NCBI GenBank assembly: GCA_963169765.1
Contig: CAUJEN010000109.1
Coordinates: forward strand, 27,497 to 91,496
Length of the DNA stretch: 64,000 nt
Direction: 5' to 3'
From: Vulcanimicrobiota bacterium
GTDB lineage: Bacteria > Vulcanimicrobiota > Xenobia > Xenobiales > QWHO01
The notes below the pieces were generated by a model that had not been told where the DNA came from, ran no database searches, and worked only from the letters and a program-made list of their open reading frames with translations. The position numbers were made by a program, and so were the translations under genes. This document shows, in pieces, positions 35,745 through 44,669 of this stretch (position 1 is the first letter of the stretch; every line of letters begins with the position of its first letter).

Positions 35745-37754
35745 TCAGGGGGGGGCGGCTGAGCTCCTCGCCTGGGCAAGAGCCGCTCCGCGACGCTTCC
35801 TGATCACCACCCCACCAACGCGCAAGGTCGTTTCGCCTTCCACCACCGCGGAGGTTGCGGTCGCCTCGGGCGCGAGCTGGTCGGGCACTTGCAGGCTCCT
35901 GGCCCCCGGCGGGGTGAAGATCACGAAGCCGCCGGCATCGGTGCTGGCGGCGATCGAGCCGCCATCGGAGGTCAGGCCCAGCTGGCTGACCGGGCTGCCC
36001 ACGTCGAAAACCAGGGCGCTGCCGCTGCTCTTCTCCGGGTTGTGCCAGACCAGCTTGGCGTCCTGGGTGGCCGAGGCCACCATGGGAGCGCCGCCCATCA
36101 TCACCGGGATGGCCAGGCGATGAGGCCCCACGTTGTCGGGCGGGAAGACCCGGGTGGACTTGCCCGGGCTCTCCACGGTGATTTCCTCCTGCGTCTGCCG
36201 AAGCTTGAGCTCGGGTCGACCCGGGAACGGGGTCTCTGCCAGCTGAGGGCGGTCGAGCACCTGGGCGGTCAACAGGCGCCGCATGGCTTCCTCCGAGCCT
36301 CCCACCGCCTGGAACACGGCTGCGGGCAAGGGGCTGATGGGTAGCGCGAAGTTGATGCAGTCGTCGGGAGTGACGAAAACCGAGCCGGGGGAGGGGGGAG
36401 CCGCCATCATCCCGCCGCTCACCTTCAGACTGCGGGCGGCCGCGTCCAGGGCGGCGTCCAGGCGGCAGGGGGTGGACTCGGTGGACTGGTGGGCGATGGA
36501 GGAGAGGGGATAGCGGGCGCTGCCCATGGCCGTATCCGGGCCGATGTCCTGGAGGAACTCGCCGGCGTTGGCATAGCTCTTCACGCCCAGGAGCTCCACG
36601 CCTTGGCGGTGGACGACGAAGATGCGGCCATCGGCCAGCATGCCGGGCACGAACCCCTGGTTTCGGTAGATGGGCTCGGGACGCTGAGCCTTCACTTTGC
36701 CCAGCAGGTTTCGTTGGGCCGGAGCGCCCAGGTCGAGCCGATAGAGACGCCCTCCGCCACCGTGGCCGTCGCCATCGGCGGCCATCAGCACCGTCTTGCC
36801 GTCCTGGGAGAGGTGCAGGCCGCGGGGATAGGTGTCGTCGGGGAACTTGAACGAGGCCATGAGCTTTCCGTCCGCGTCGTAGGCGGTGATGTGGGGGTGG
36901 GCGGCGGGCCCTTCATCGAGCAGGAACCCCCCGCCCGGCAGGGGCACGATACGGTCGGCCTCGGCACTGACTTTGAAGCGCTCCACCTCGCCGGTGGCAC
37001 TGTCGTAGCGCACCAGGTTGGCATACTCTTGCTTGTATTTAGTGGGCTTGCTCTCCAGGAACAGCAGCCGGCCCTCGTGGACCAGCGGGCTGTAGAGCTT
37101 GAGGGAATCCGACTCGCATTTGAGGTTGCCCTGTGCGTCTCGCACCTGGAGGCCCTCGCCGTCATCGTAGACGGCGATGTGGCCCTGGCCCACGTCCAGC
37201 ACCTGGTCGATGGCCAGCTCGGTGCGCGACTGCCAGCGCGGGGCGAGATCGGGGCCCAGAACCATGACGTTGCCATCTTTAAAGGTCCCCAGCGGGATGG
37301 CCAGGGCCACATCGCCCGTGGCGAGCAGAGTCATGTTCCCCAGGCAGTTGAGGCTCTCGGGCATGACCGAGCCGACTTCCTGGCCTTTGGGGTCGAGCAC
37401 CACGATGCCGTGGGAGGTGCGCACGTAGCTGTTCTGGCTGCGCGGGTCGAACTGCACTTGCTGCACGTAGTCGGGGGAGTGGTAGTGGAAGAGCGGCGTC
37501 CCGGTGGTGTCCACCACGCTCAGCGTTTTGCGGTCGGGGGCGATCAGGTTGTGGCGGACCTGGCCGCTCTCGCTGCGGACCTCGGTGCTGAGCCGACGAT
37601 AGCCGTCGAGGGGAATCTTGCGGATGGGCTGGTAACTCTCGTTGCCCCGGGGGATGTAGACAGTGGCGCTGCCAAAGGGAAGGTCCTCCACAGGGGGCTG
37701 AGAGACAGCGGCCCGGGGGGCGGTCAATGCGACGGGGAGCGGCCGGATGAGCAT
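35745..37754 (-). CDS. large hypothetical protein, beta-propeller-like; start uncertain (37754, 37772 or 37811)
   Basis: About 670 aa of GC3-rich frame with recurring beta-strand-rich segments. The further upstream part of the track ORF (to 37994) is built from the 63-bp DNA tandem repeat and is probably not coding. Confidence 0.72.
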   Translation of the reverse strand: MLIRPLPVALTAPRAAVSQPPVEDLPFGSATVYIPRGNESYQPIRKIPLDGYRRLSTEVRSESGQVRHNLIAPDRKTLSVVDTTGTPLFHYHSPDYVQQVQFDPRSQNSYVRTSHGIVVLDPKGQEVGSVMPESLNCLGNMTLLATGDVALAIPLGTFKDGNVMVLGPDLAPRWQSRTELAIDQVLDVGQGHIAVYDDGEGLQVRDAQGNLKCESDSLKLYSPLVHEGRLLFLESKPTKYKQEYANLVRYDSATGEVERFKVSAEADRIVPLPGGGFLLDEGPAAHPHITAYDADGKLMASFKFPDDTYPRGLHLSQDGKTVLMAADGDGHGGGGRLYRLDLGAPAQRNLLGKVKAQRPEPIYRNQGFVPGMLADGRIFVVHRQGVELLGVKSYANAGEFLQDIGPDTAMGSARYPLSSIAHQSTESTPCRLDAALDAAARSLKVSGGMMAAPPSPGSVFVTPDDCINFALPISPLPAAVFQAVGGSEEAMRRLLTAQVLDRPQLAETPFPGRPELKLRQTQEEITVESPGKSTRVFPPDNVGPHRLAIPVMMGGAPMVASATQDAKLVWHNPEKSSGSALVFDVGSPVSQLGLTSDGGSIAASTDAGGFVIFTPPGARSLQVPDQLAPEATATSAVVEGETTLRVGGVVIRKRRGAALAQARSSAAPP

Positions 37755-37817
37755 GGGCTCAGGGTAGCCCATGAGCCTGAAAGGTGCCTGAATCGTCCTG
37801 GGCCGGGACATCCCGGA

Positions 37818-38018
37818 GGCCGGCGTGCACGGAGTTGCCCGCGCATGGGCCTGCATGTCCGCGCACGTCTCAGGGGCCGGGGCCGGCGTGCACGGAGTTG
37901 CCAGCGCATGGGCCTGCATGTCCGCGCACATCCCGGGGGCCGGGGCCGGCGTGCACGGAGTTGCCAGCGCACGGGCCTGGATGTCCGCGCACATCTCAGG
38001 GGGCGGGGCCGGCGTGCC
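37818..38018. repeat. 63-bp tandem repeat, 3 full copies plus a 12-bp partial copy
   Basis: Copies start at 37818, 37881, 37944 and 38007 (partial). The unit is GGCCGGCGTGCACGGAGTTGCC(C/A)GCGCA(T/C)GGGCCTG(C/G)ATGTCCGCGCAC(G/A)TC...GGGGCCGG. Confidence 0.9.
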
Positions 38019-38079
38019 TTCAGGGCATCACTCAGCACTCCTCCAGGTTTTCGTAAGGGTGCCGGGTTAAGCTCCAGGC

Positions 38080-40833
38080 ATGTTGGTGAGCTCTATCCTG
38101 GCAACCCGGGGCGTCAGGCCGGCGGCCGCCCAGTCGGCTCGGTCCGAGTCGCCGGTCGATCGCTTCGAGCCGAGCCCGACGCCCGCCGAGCCGTTGCTGT
38201 CCGGTCCCGGGGTGTCTCGGGTTGTCTTGCGGCCGGAGAACCCGGAGGCGAGCTGGCTCTTGCTCCGCCGCCAGGCCGAGCGGGCGCTGGCGATCGCCGA
38301 CCTGGCTCGACCTGAGACTTCGGCCATGCCATGGTTGCGCTCCGGGGATGGCTCGGTGCGTCACCTGGCCCGGATCAAGTGGGCCCGTCAGGCCTCCGAG
38401 CGAAGCCAGCTGGAGAAATACTGCGCCGAGCTCGGCCCGGTCGAGGGTCCGGCCGCGCATGTACGGCTCAAGTCCATGTTTGTGGGAAAATACTACAGTT
38501 GCGACAAAGCCGAGCTCGAGGAGAGCATGCAGCGCCTCGACGTCGGCGTGCGAGGCCAGGGCAGAGCCAGCGAGAGCGCTCTGCAGAGCCTGCTGCAGGC
38601 ATCGCGTAACCTGACCGTGCGCATGCGCGACCCGGAGGTGGATCCGGCTCTTCGCCTGGAGGCCGGACAGGTCGCTTCCCGCGCCGGCGCCTTGCTGGAG
38701 GGGTGGTGGCGGGACGGCCTGTGCGAGGTGGCCGGCAAGACTCCCGGCAGTCTGCCGCTGGGCTCGCTGGCCGCCAGTGCGCCGGTGGCGGTGTGGGGAA
38801 ATCGGCTGCTGGTGGGTCGCTCGCCGGCCCAGAGCCCGCTCTGGGCCAGCGAGCAGGCGGCCACGATCGTCTCGCAGAAACGTCCCGACCCCCTGGCTGG
38901 CCTTGCGCCCGAGCGCGCCTCAGTACTGGCTGGAGCCGTGGTGGAGGAAGTCCTGGCCCGGGTTACCGAGCCCGAGGCGCTCAAATACCTGGACGGTCTG
39001 CTCAAGGCCTGTCCCGAGAATCCCGCGCTGACCGCGGCCTTGCGCCCGCACCTCGAGGGCTTGCGCGAGCTTGCCCGCCACGGTCGCTCGCGCAACGTGC
39101 TGGGGCCGAATTCTAGCTCCAGCGTGGCCGAGCCGGCTATGAGCTACTACGGTCATCTCCTGAAGGCGTTTCCCGAAGTGATGGATGAGCGGCTCGTGCG
39201 CCAGCTGGAGCCGCTGTTCTTCGACAGCCACGGCCAGGCGGCCGACTCCACCAGTTGCAGGCTGCAGGAGATCTGGAGGGTGCGCCCCGAGCTGGTCGAC
39301 TGTAGCGTGAAGATGGTGCTGGGCGGACTGGAGCAAAGCCCGGTGGTGCCTCAGTCGGCGTCCTGGCGCTTTTTCACCGCGGCCGGGAAGGCCGGCTGGC
39401 GGCCCGACAAGCTTGAGCGCGACTTTCTGGTGCACTGGCTGGCAGCCCTGCCCGACCCGGACGAGGACAGCGGGCGGCTCGCCCTTTGGGACAGCGGTTG
39501 CTTCGAGCCGGCCATCGAGACCCTGGCTGGATTCGTGGACCGCGATCCAGGTTTCCTGGAGGGCATTTCTCTGGCCGACCGCCAGGGCCAGCTCCGCCCG
39601 GTGCGAGAGGCTCTCCTGAGCCACCTGCTCGAGACACCCGGCGCCGGCGAGCGCTTCACAGGCAACGAGAATTGGAGCCAGGCTCTCTTCCAGGTGCTGG
39701 CTCCGGGCGTCGACGATCAACTGGAGAAGCGCTTGCTGCAGCCCCTTGAGCTCGAGCTGGAGGGACGCGCCAGCCTGCTCGAGCTGTCGCCCGAACAGCG
39801 CAATCGCCTCTCGGTACTGACCTGCATCCCCCTGAGCGAAGCCACCAGCCAGCGGCTGGGCCAGCTGCTGGAGAGCTCGCTTCCCTTCGAGCAGGGCCAC
39901 CTGAATCGCCTGGTGGAGCGCTACCGGAGCCCTCGGATGGAAGCCCACCTGACCCGGTTCCAGGCCCCCGGGGCCAGCGCCCAGGAACGTCTGGAGGCAG
40001 CGCGCGGGGCTCAGCACCTCTATCTGCACCACCACTACCAGATCTATCAGTTCAACGAGCGCTTTGGTGCCGCTCTCCAGGGCCTCGATCCGGCCGCGGC
40101 AGACGACCTGGAGGTCCACCTGGCCGAGCGGCTCGAGTCTCTCGTGAGCAGTGGCCAGGGCCTGCACCAGGTGGACCAGAGCGCGCTCTACGACATCCAG
40201 CTGGCGGCCACGATGGTCTCCAGTCGGCCGGGGCTGCTCGAGCCCCTGCGCCGGCTTCTGCCGAGCGACGGCCTCGAGCTGGAGGGGGCTCCCAATCGGG
40301 TGGCTGCCTGCATTCGTTTTCGTATTCGCGACTTCAATGACGAGCGCCTCAAAGAGAGCGGCCAACCGGAGGCTCTGCGCCTGAGCTGGCTCGAGGAGAA
40401 CGTTCGCCATGCCGCCGCCTGGCGGGGGGAGCTGCCCGAGGAAAGCCTCCAGCTCTGGGCCCAGGGGGCGACCGGATGGGTGGCGGATACCTGCCAGACG
40501 ATCGGGATGGAGCGGCTGCCGGAAGCCGTGCGGGCGGTGCGGGTGTTGATGCCGGAGGACGATCCGGCCGGCCTGCTGCACCTGGTCCAGGGACGGCTCA
40601 GGGGTGGAGACCTGCTGGCCCAGAGCGTGCCCGACCCGGAGCTCTTCCCTCGGCGTACCGTCGAGGCCCTGGAAGCCTATCGGGAAGCCCGCAACGAGGG
40701 GTTGGGCCAGGCCGCCGCGCTGGACCGGGTGCTGGGCAAGCTCTCTCCCATCCAGGCCCCCATCAGCTCCGGGGTGGAGGAGACGCCCACCCACGTGGGA
40801 GTGGGCCCCGTGCGCCTCCGCCGGCGGGGCTGA
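38080..40833 (+). CDS. large helical hypothetical protein (917 aa)
   Basis: Long GC3-rich ORF divergent from 35745..37754. No recognisable catalytic motifs or signal peptide. Confidence 0.72.
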   Translation: MLVSSILATRGVRPAAAQSARSESPVDRFEPSPTPAEPLLSGPGVSRVVLRPENPEASWLLLRRQAERALAIADLARPETSAMPWLRSGDGSVRHLARIKWARQASERSQLEKYCAELGPVEGPAAHVRLKSMFVGKYYSCDKAELEESMQRLDVGVRGQGRASESALQSLLQASRNLTVRMRDPEVDPALRLEAGQVASRAGALLEGWWRDGLCEVAGKTPGSLPLGSLAASAPVAVWGNRLLVGRSPAQSPLWASEQAATIVSQKRPDPLAGLAPERASVLAGAVVEEVLARVTEPEALKYLDGLLKACPENPALTAALRPHLEGLRELARHGRSRNVLGPNSSSSVAEPAMSYYGHLLKAFPEVMDERLVRQLEPLFFDSHGQAADSTSCRLQEIWRVRPELVDCSVKMVLGGLEQSPVVPQSASWRFFTAAGKAGWRPDKLERDFLVHWLAALPDPDEDSGRLALWDSGCFEPAIETLAGFVDRDPGFLEGISLADRQGQLRPVREALLSHLLETPGAGERFTGNENWSQALFQVLAPGVDDQLEKRLLQPLELELEGRASLLELSPEQRNRLSVLTCIPLSEATSQRLGQLLESSLPFEQGHLNRLVERYRSPRMEAHLTRFQAPGASAQERLEAARGAQHLYLHHHYQIYQFNERFGAALQGLDPAAADDLEVHLAERLESLVSSGQGLHQVDQSALYDIQLAATMVSSRPGLLEPLRRLLPSDGLELEGAPNRVAACIRFRIRDFNDERLKESGQPEALRLSWLEENVRHAAAWRGELPEESLQLWAQGATGWVADTCQTIGMERLPEAVRAVRVLMPEDDPAGLLHLVQGRLRGGDLLAQSVPDPELFPRRTVEALEAYREARNEGLGQAAALDRVLGKLSPIQAPISSGVEETPTHVGVGPVRLRRRG

Positions 40834-40850
40834 AGAAATGATTCGCATCA

Positions 40851-41636
40851 GTGCCACGGCCTGGCCCGTTCGCCTATGCTGGCCTCGTGGCCAGACCATC
40901 GCTCCAGCTAGCAGTCGATAGCCTGGCCCTGGTGGCCTGCAGCTTCGTGGCCACCACGGGCCTGGTTCTGCAGACCGCGCTCCCGCCCGGGAGTGGTCGG
41001 CTGGAGGCCGGTCTGCCCGAACGCCAGGTCCTTTTGCTGTGGGGCTTGAGCCGCCACGAGTGGGGGCGGATCCACCTGTGGGCCGCCTATCTGCTGCTGG
41101 CCATTTTGCTGCTCCACCTGGCGATGCACTGGAAGTGGTTGCTGGCCATGCTCACCAGGAAGCGGGAAAGAAAGCAGTCGGGGACACGGTTTGCGCTCGG
41201 TTGCCTGGGGCTGGCCGGGCTGCTCTTGTCGTTCACCCCGTTGCTGGGGACAGCCCACTCGCTGCCCCGCTCGCAGGCCCTCGATCAGCGAGGCCTGGCC
41301 TCCGACCCGGCGGTCTGCGAACGCAGGGTCTCCGTGCAGGAGTTGGAGCAGTTGACCGGGGTGCCGGCCGCGATTTTGAGCCAGAAACTGGGCACCGAGG
41401 TGGTCGTGGTCGTGGCCCAAGCGGATGGCTCGGGTAAGCAGCTCTACCAGAAGCATTGCGGGGGATGCCACGCTTCGGGTGGAGTGGGGGCCCTGCCTGC
41501 CGACCCCGACCAGGCGGCCAGCCAGTTGAGCAAGACGCGCCCCCAGGCTCCCCATCAGGCCGCCCTCAAAGCGATGACCGAAGCCGAGCTTAAGAGTCTG
41601 CTTCAGTATCTGCAAGGCTTGAAGAAGACTCGCTGA
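40851..41636 (+). CDS. membrane protein (DUF4405-like) fused to a c-type cytochrome domain
   Basis: Hydrophobic helices with HEWGRIHLWAAYLLLAILLLHLAMHW, then the heme-binding motif CGGCH (YQKHCGGCHASGG). Confidence 0.68.
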   Translation: MPRPGPFAYAGLVARPSLQLAVDSLALVACSFVATTGLVLQTALPPGSGRLEAGLPERQVLLLWGLSRHEWGRIHLWAAYLLLAILLLHLAMHWKWLLAMLTRKRERKQSGTRFALGCLGLAGLLLSFTPLLGTAHSLPRSQALDQRGLASDPAVCERRVSVQELEQLTGVPAAILSQKLGTEVVVVVAQADGSGKQLYQKHCGGCHASGGVGALPADPDQAASQLSKTRPQAPHQAALKAMTEAELKSLLQYLQGLKKTR

Positions 41637-41705
41637 GCGCAGCGGGCGATCCCCCTATGACCTGGGTCAGTGCGCTCCCTTGCCCCGGCTGGTATACTTC
41701 CGTCG

Positions 41706-43172
41706 ATGTTCGAAGCAGCCCAACTAGGTCGCAAGGTCGACCGCAAGACATTTGCCGCCCGCGAGCCCGAGCTGCGGGAGGCCTTGCTCGACGCCCAGGC
41801 CCGACTGGCCGAGGCTGGCTTCTCGGTGGTGGTGGTGATGGCCGGCGCGGAAGGCTCGGGCAAAGGCGAGGCCGTCAACATGCTGGTCAACTGGCTGGAT
41901 GCCCGGCGCGTCGAGACCCACGCCCTGGGCTCCCCCTCCGAGGAAGAGCGGGAGCGGGCCGAATACTTCCGGTTCTGGCGGCTTCTTCCCGGCAAAGGCC
42001 GGATCGGTATCTTCTTTGGCTCTTGGTACACTCGCCCCATCTCCCAGCACTCGCTGGGTGAGCTCTCCGAGGCCGGGATGGAGGACAGCCTGCGGCGCAT
42101 CGCTGAGTTCGAGCAGATGCTGGAGGCCGAGGGCGTCCTGCTGGTCAAGCTCTGGCTGCATATCACCAAGAAGCAACAGAAGAAGCGCTTCAACCAGCTG
42201 GAGAGGAGCCCCGACACGGCCTGGCGGGTGACCCGGACCGACTGGCGCTACCACAAGACTTACGAGCAGTTCGTCAACTCCGCGAGCCGGGCTCTGAGGC
42301 GCACTGACACCGGGCAGTCCCCCTGGCACATCATCGAAGCCTGGGATGCCCGCTACTGCCATCTGACCGTTGCCGAGACCCTGCTCGAGGCTGTGGAGCG
42401 CCGTCTCTCGACACCCGTGCCTCCCAAAGAGCCCGCTCTGCCCCCGCCGGTGGCGCTCCCGGTGAACGTGCTCTCCGAGCTGGACCTGGGCCTGAAGCTC
42501 AAGCGCCAGGAATACCGCAAGGCGGTCAAAGAGCACCAGCTGAGGATCGGCCGGAAGGCTCGCAAGCTCAAGGACCGCCGGCGCTCGATGGTTCTGGTTT
42601 TCGAGGGCACCGACGCGGCCGGCAAGGGAGGCGCGATTCGCCGCCTGACGCAGGCCCTGGACGCCCGCTACTACAAGGTGGTTCAGATCGCCGCCCCCAG
42701 CGACGAGGAGCTGGCGCGTCCGTACTTGTGGCGCTTCTGGCGCAATTTACCTCGCTGGGGGCACATCGCCATTTTTGACCGCTCCTGGTACGGCCGTGTT
42801 CTGGTGGAGAGGCTGGAGGGCTATTGCTCGAGCAGGGACTGGCAACGGGCCTACGGGGAGATCAACGCCTTCGAAGAGCAGCTCGTCCTGTCGGGCACGG
42901 CAGTCTTGAAGTTCTGGCTGACCACCAGCAAGGACGAGCAGCTTCGCCGTTTCCAGGATCGCGAGACCCTGGGCTTCAAGCGCTACAAGATCACCGGCGA
43001 GGACTGGCGCAACCGCGAGAAGTGGGATGCCTATCAGGCCGCCGCCTGCGAGATGATCGAGCGGACCAGCTCCGAGCTCGCCCCCTGGACGCTGGTGGAG
43101 GCTGAGGACAAGTACTTCGCCCGGGTCAAGGTGCTCCAGACGGTGGAGCACTGGCTCAACGCCGGCCTCTAG
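41706..43172 (+). CDS. two-domain polyphosphate kinase 2 family protein (polyphosphate:AMP/nucleotide phosphotransferase type)
   Basis: Two PPK2 modules: VVVMAGAEGSGKGEAVN...FRFWRLLPGKGRIGIFFGSWY and VLVFEGTDAAGKGGAIR...WRFWRNLPRWGHIAIFDRSWY. ATG 41706 gives MFEAAQLGRK. Confidence 0.9.
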   Translation: MFEAAQLGRKVDRKTFAAREPELREALLDAQARLAEAGFSVVVVMAGAEGSGKGEAVNMLVNWLDARRVETHALGSPSEEERERAEYFRFWRLLPGKGRIGIFFGSWYTRPISQHSLGELSEAGMEDSLRRIAEFEQMLEAEGVLLVKLWLHITKKQQKKRFNQLERSPDTAWRVTRTDWRYHKTYEQFVNSASRALRRTDTGQSPWHIIEAWDARYCHLTVAETLLEAVERRLSTPVPPKEPALPPPVALPVNVLSELDLGLKLKRQEYRKAVKEHQLRIGRKARKLKDRRRSMVLVFEGTDAAGKGGAIRRLTQALDARYYKVVQIAAPSDEELARPYLWRFWRNLPRWGHIAIFDRSWYGRVLVERLEGYCSSRDWQRAYGEINAFEEQLVLSGTAVLKFWLTTSKDEQLRRFQDRETLGFKRYKITGEDWRNREKWDAYQAAACEMIERTSSELAPWTLVEAEDKYFARVKVLQTVEHWLNAGL

Positions 43173-43194
43173 AGCAGCGCTGCTCGCCCCGCCC

Positions 43195-43258
43195 TCGCCC
43201 CCGAGAGATGTGCGCGGACATGCAGGCACATGTGCGGGCATCCATGCACATCGGCCCC
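43195..43258. repeat. solitary, inverted, diverged copy of the 63-bp repeat unit
   Basis: GATGTGCGCGGACATGCAGGC (43207-43227) is the exact reverse complement of GCCTGCATGTCCGCGCACATC in repeat copy 2 (about 37909-37929), and the flanks are similar. It lies between convergent genes. Confidence 0.65.
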
Positions 43259-43291
43259 GAGAGGGCTCGAATCTCACGCGAAACGAAAAGC

Positions 43292-43954
43292 TTAGCGGCG
43301 CCCGCCTCCACCGCCTCGCGAGCGGGTCGCCCCCGAGGGATTGACCTGGCCGCCGCGTGTGCCCTGACGGTTCACCGAGCTACCCTCGCGCTTGAGGGTG
43401 CTCTGTCGGGTGGTGCTGGCTTTCGGCCCGGTCGAGGTTCCCTGGTGCTGGATGGAGCTGCCGTCCCTCTCCCAGCTATCGCTGGAGTTGCGCTCCTGGC
43501 CTCTGGGGCCAGTGGTCGTGCTGTCGCGATTGACGGTGTTGCCGTCCTTGCGCCAGGTGGCGTTCTGGTTCACTTCCTGGCCGTTGGGGCCGGTCCGGGT
43601 GGACTCTTTGTTCACCTCGTTGCCGTCTTTGGTCCAGGTGGCGTTCTGGTTGACCTCCTGGCCGTTGGGGCCGGTCCTGGTGGACTCCTTGGTCACCTGG
43701 TCGCCTTCTTTGGTCCAGGTCGTGTCGGTCTCGACGGTCTTCCCGTTGGGCCCCGTGGTGGTGCCCTGGTGCTCGACCGTGTTGCCGTCGCGCTGCCAGG
43801 TGTCCTCGGCCTTGATGGTCTGGCCCTGTGGGCCGGTGGTGGTGCCCTGGTGCTCGACCGTGTTGCCTTCTTTGGTCCACTGGTCCTCCGTGGTCTGGGC
43901 CGCGCCCGGAGCGTAGAGCAGACAAGCCACCAGAAGTGCGCACAACGTCTTCAT
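43292..43954 (-). CDS. secreted repeat protein (six to seven 27-aa repeats)
   Basis: Signal peptide MKTLCALLVACLLYAPGAAQ, then W(T/Q/R)(K/R)(E/D)GNxV...T.TGP.GQ....... repeated with a 27-aa period. The C-terminus is Gly/Arg-rich. Confidence 0.8.
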   Translation of the reverse strand: MKTLCALLVACLLYAPGAAQTTEDQWTKEGNTVEHQGTTTGPQGQTIKAEDTWQRDGNTVEHQGTTTGPNGKTVETDTTWTKEGDQVTKESTRTGPNGQEVNQNATWTKDGNEVNKESTRTGPNGQEVNQNATWRKDGNTVNRDSTTTGPRGQERNSSDSWERDGSSIQHQGTSTGPKASTTRQSTLKREGSSVNRQGTRGGQVNPSGATRSRGGGGGRR

Positions 43955-44008
43955 TTGAACCTCCCCAGTTCTCTCTGAGCTCTTGGACCGGTCAATCGGA
44001 GAAAGGTT

Positions 44009-44614
44009 TCAGGTTACGCGCTCACCTGTTTCGCTGGGAGCATCGGCCAGCCGCACGGGAGCCGTCTTCTCGGGGCACACCCCTTTCAATGGCCCGTAGA
44101 ACTCTGCCAGAACACGCATGTCGGCCTGGATGTCTCCGGTCGGCATGAGTCGCGGTCCCAGTCCCACCCGCTTTGTCGGCCCGTCGCAGAACCCCATGAT
44201 GATGGGGATCTGCGCCTGATGGGCGATGTGGTAGAAGCCTGACTTCCACCTCGCGGCTGGATTGCGGGTTCCCTGGGGGGCCAGGCCGATGACGATGCGA
44301 GGGTGGCGGTGGATCATCTCCACCACCTGGGCCACCGTGTTGTGGCGCTCGTCGCGCTTGATGGGCAGGCCTCCCAGGGCACGCATCAGGGGGCCCAGGG
44401 GGCCTCGAAACATGCTGTGTTTGCCCATCCAGCGAATGTGCATGTTCCAGTGGAAGCGCACCGCCATGAGCAAGAAGAAGTCCCAGGTGGAGGTGTGGGG
44501 CGCCCCCAGCAGAACGTAGCGCGGGTCAGAGGGAAGCTCGCCCTCAAAGCGCCAACCAGCCAGGCCCACGGTCAGGTCGGTCAGGGAGCGAGCCGTCCAG
44601 GCAAAGGGATTCAT
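44009..44614 (-). CDS. 1-acyl-sn-glycerol-3-phosphate acyltransferase (PlsC/LPLAT) family protein
   Basis: The HxxxxD block is APHTSTWDFF; also LGGLPIKRD and IGLAPQGTR. ATG 44614 is chosen (GAAGGGA upstream); the track start at 44671 would collide with the divergent pilin gene. Confidence 0.8.
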   Translation of the reverse strand: MNPFAWTARSLTDLTVGLAGWRFEGELPSDPRYVLLGAPHTSTWDFFLLMAVRFHWNMHIRWMGKHSMFRGPLGPLMRALGGLPIKRDERHNTVAQVVEMIHRHPRIVIGLAPQGTRNPAARWKSGFYHIAHQAQIPIIMGFCDGPTKRVGLGPRLMPTGDIQADMRVLAEFYGPLKGVCPEKTAPVRLADAPSETGERVT

Positions 44615-44669
44615 CCCGGTCCCTTCGCCGCAACGGGCCGGCATCCATTCCCCCCAAAGATCTGCTATC

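Noticed and set aside
37755-37994. Repetitive MCADMQAH...TPCTPAPAPG N-terminal extension of the 749-aa ORF as real coding sequence
   Set aside because: The same DNA unit occurs inverted in an intergenic spacer at 43195-43258 and keeps several frames open on both strands, so the open frame is probably incidental. This is not fully excluded, because the period is 21 codons; see the tandem-repeat finding.
37818-38018. Possible CRISPR array
   Set aside because: The 63-bp units are directly contiguous with no unique spacers, no cas genes are nearby, and a copy occurs singly elsewhere. This is a tandem repeat, not a CRISPR array.
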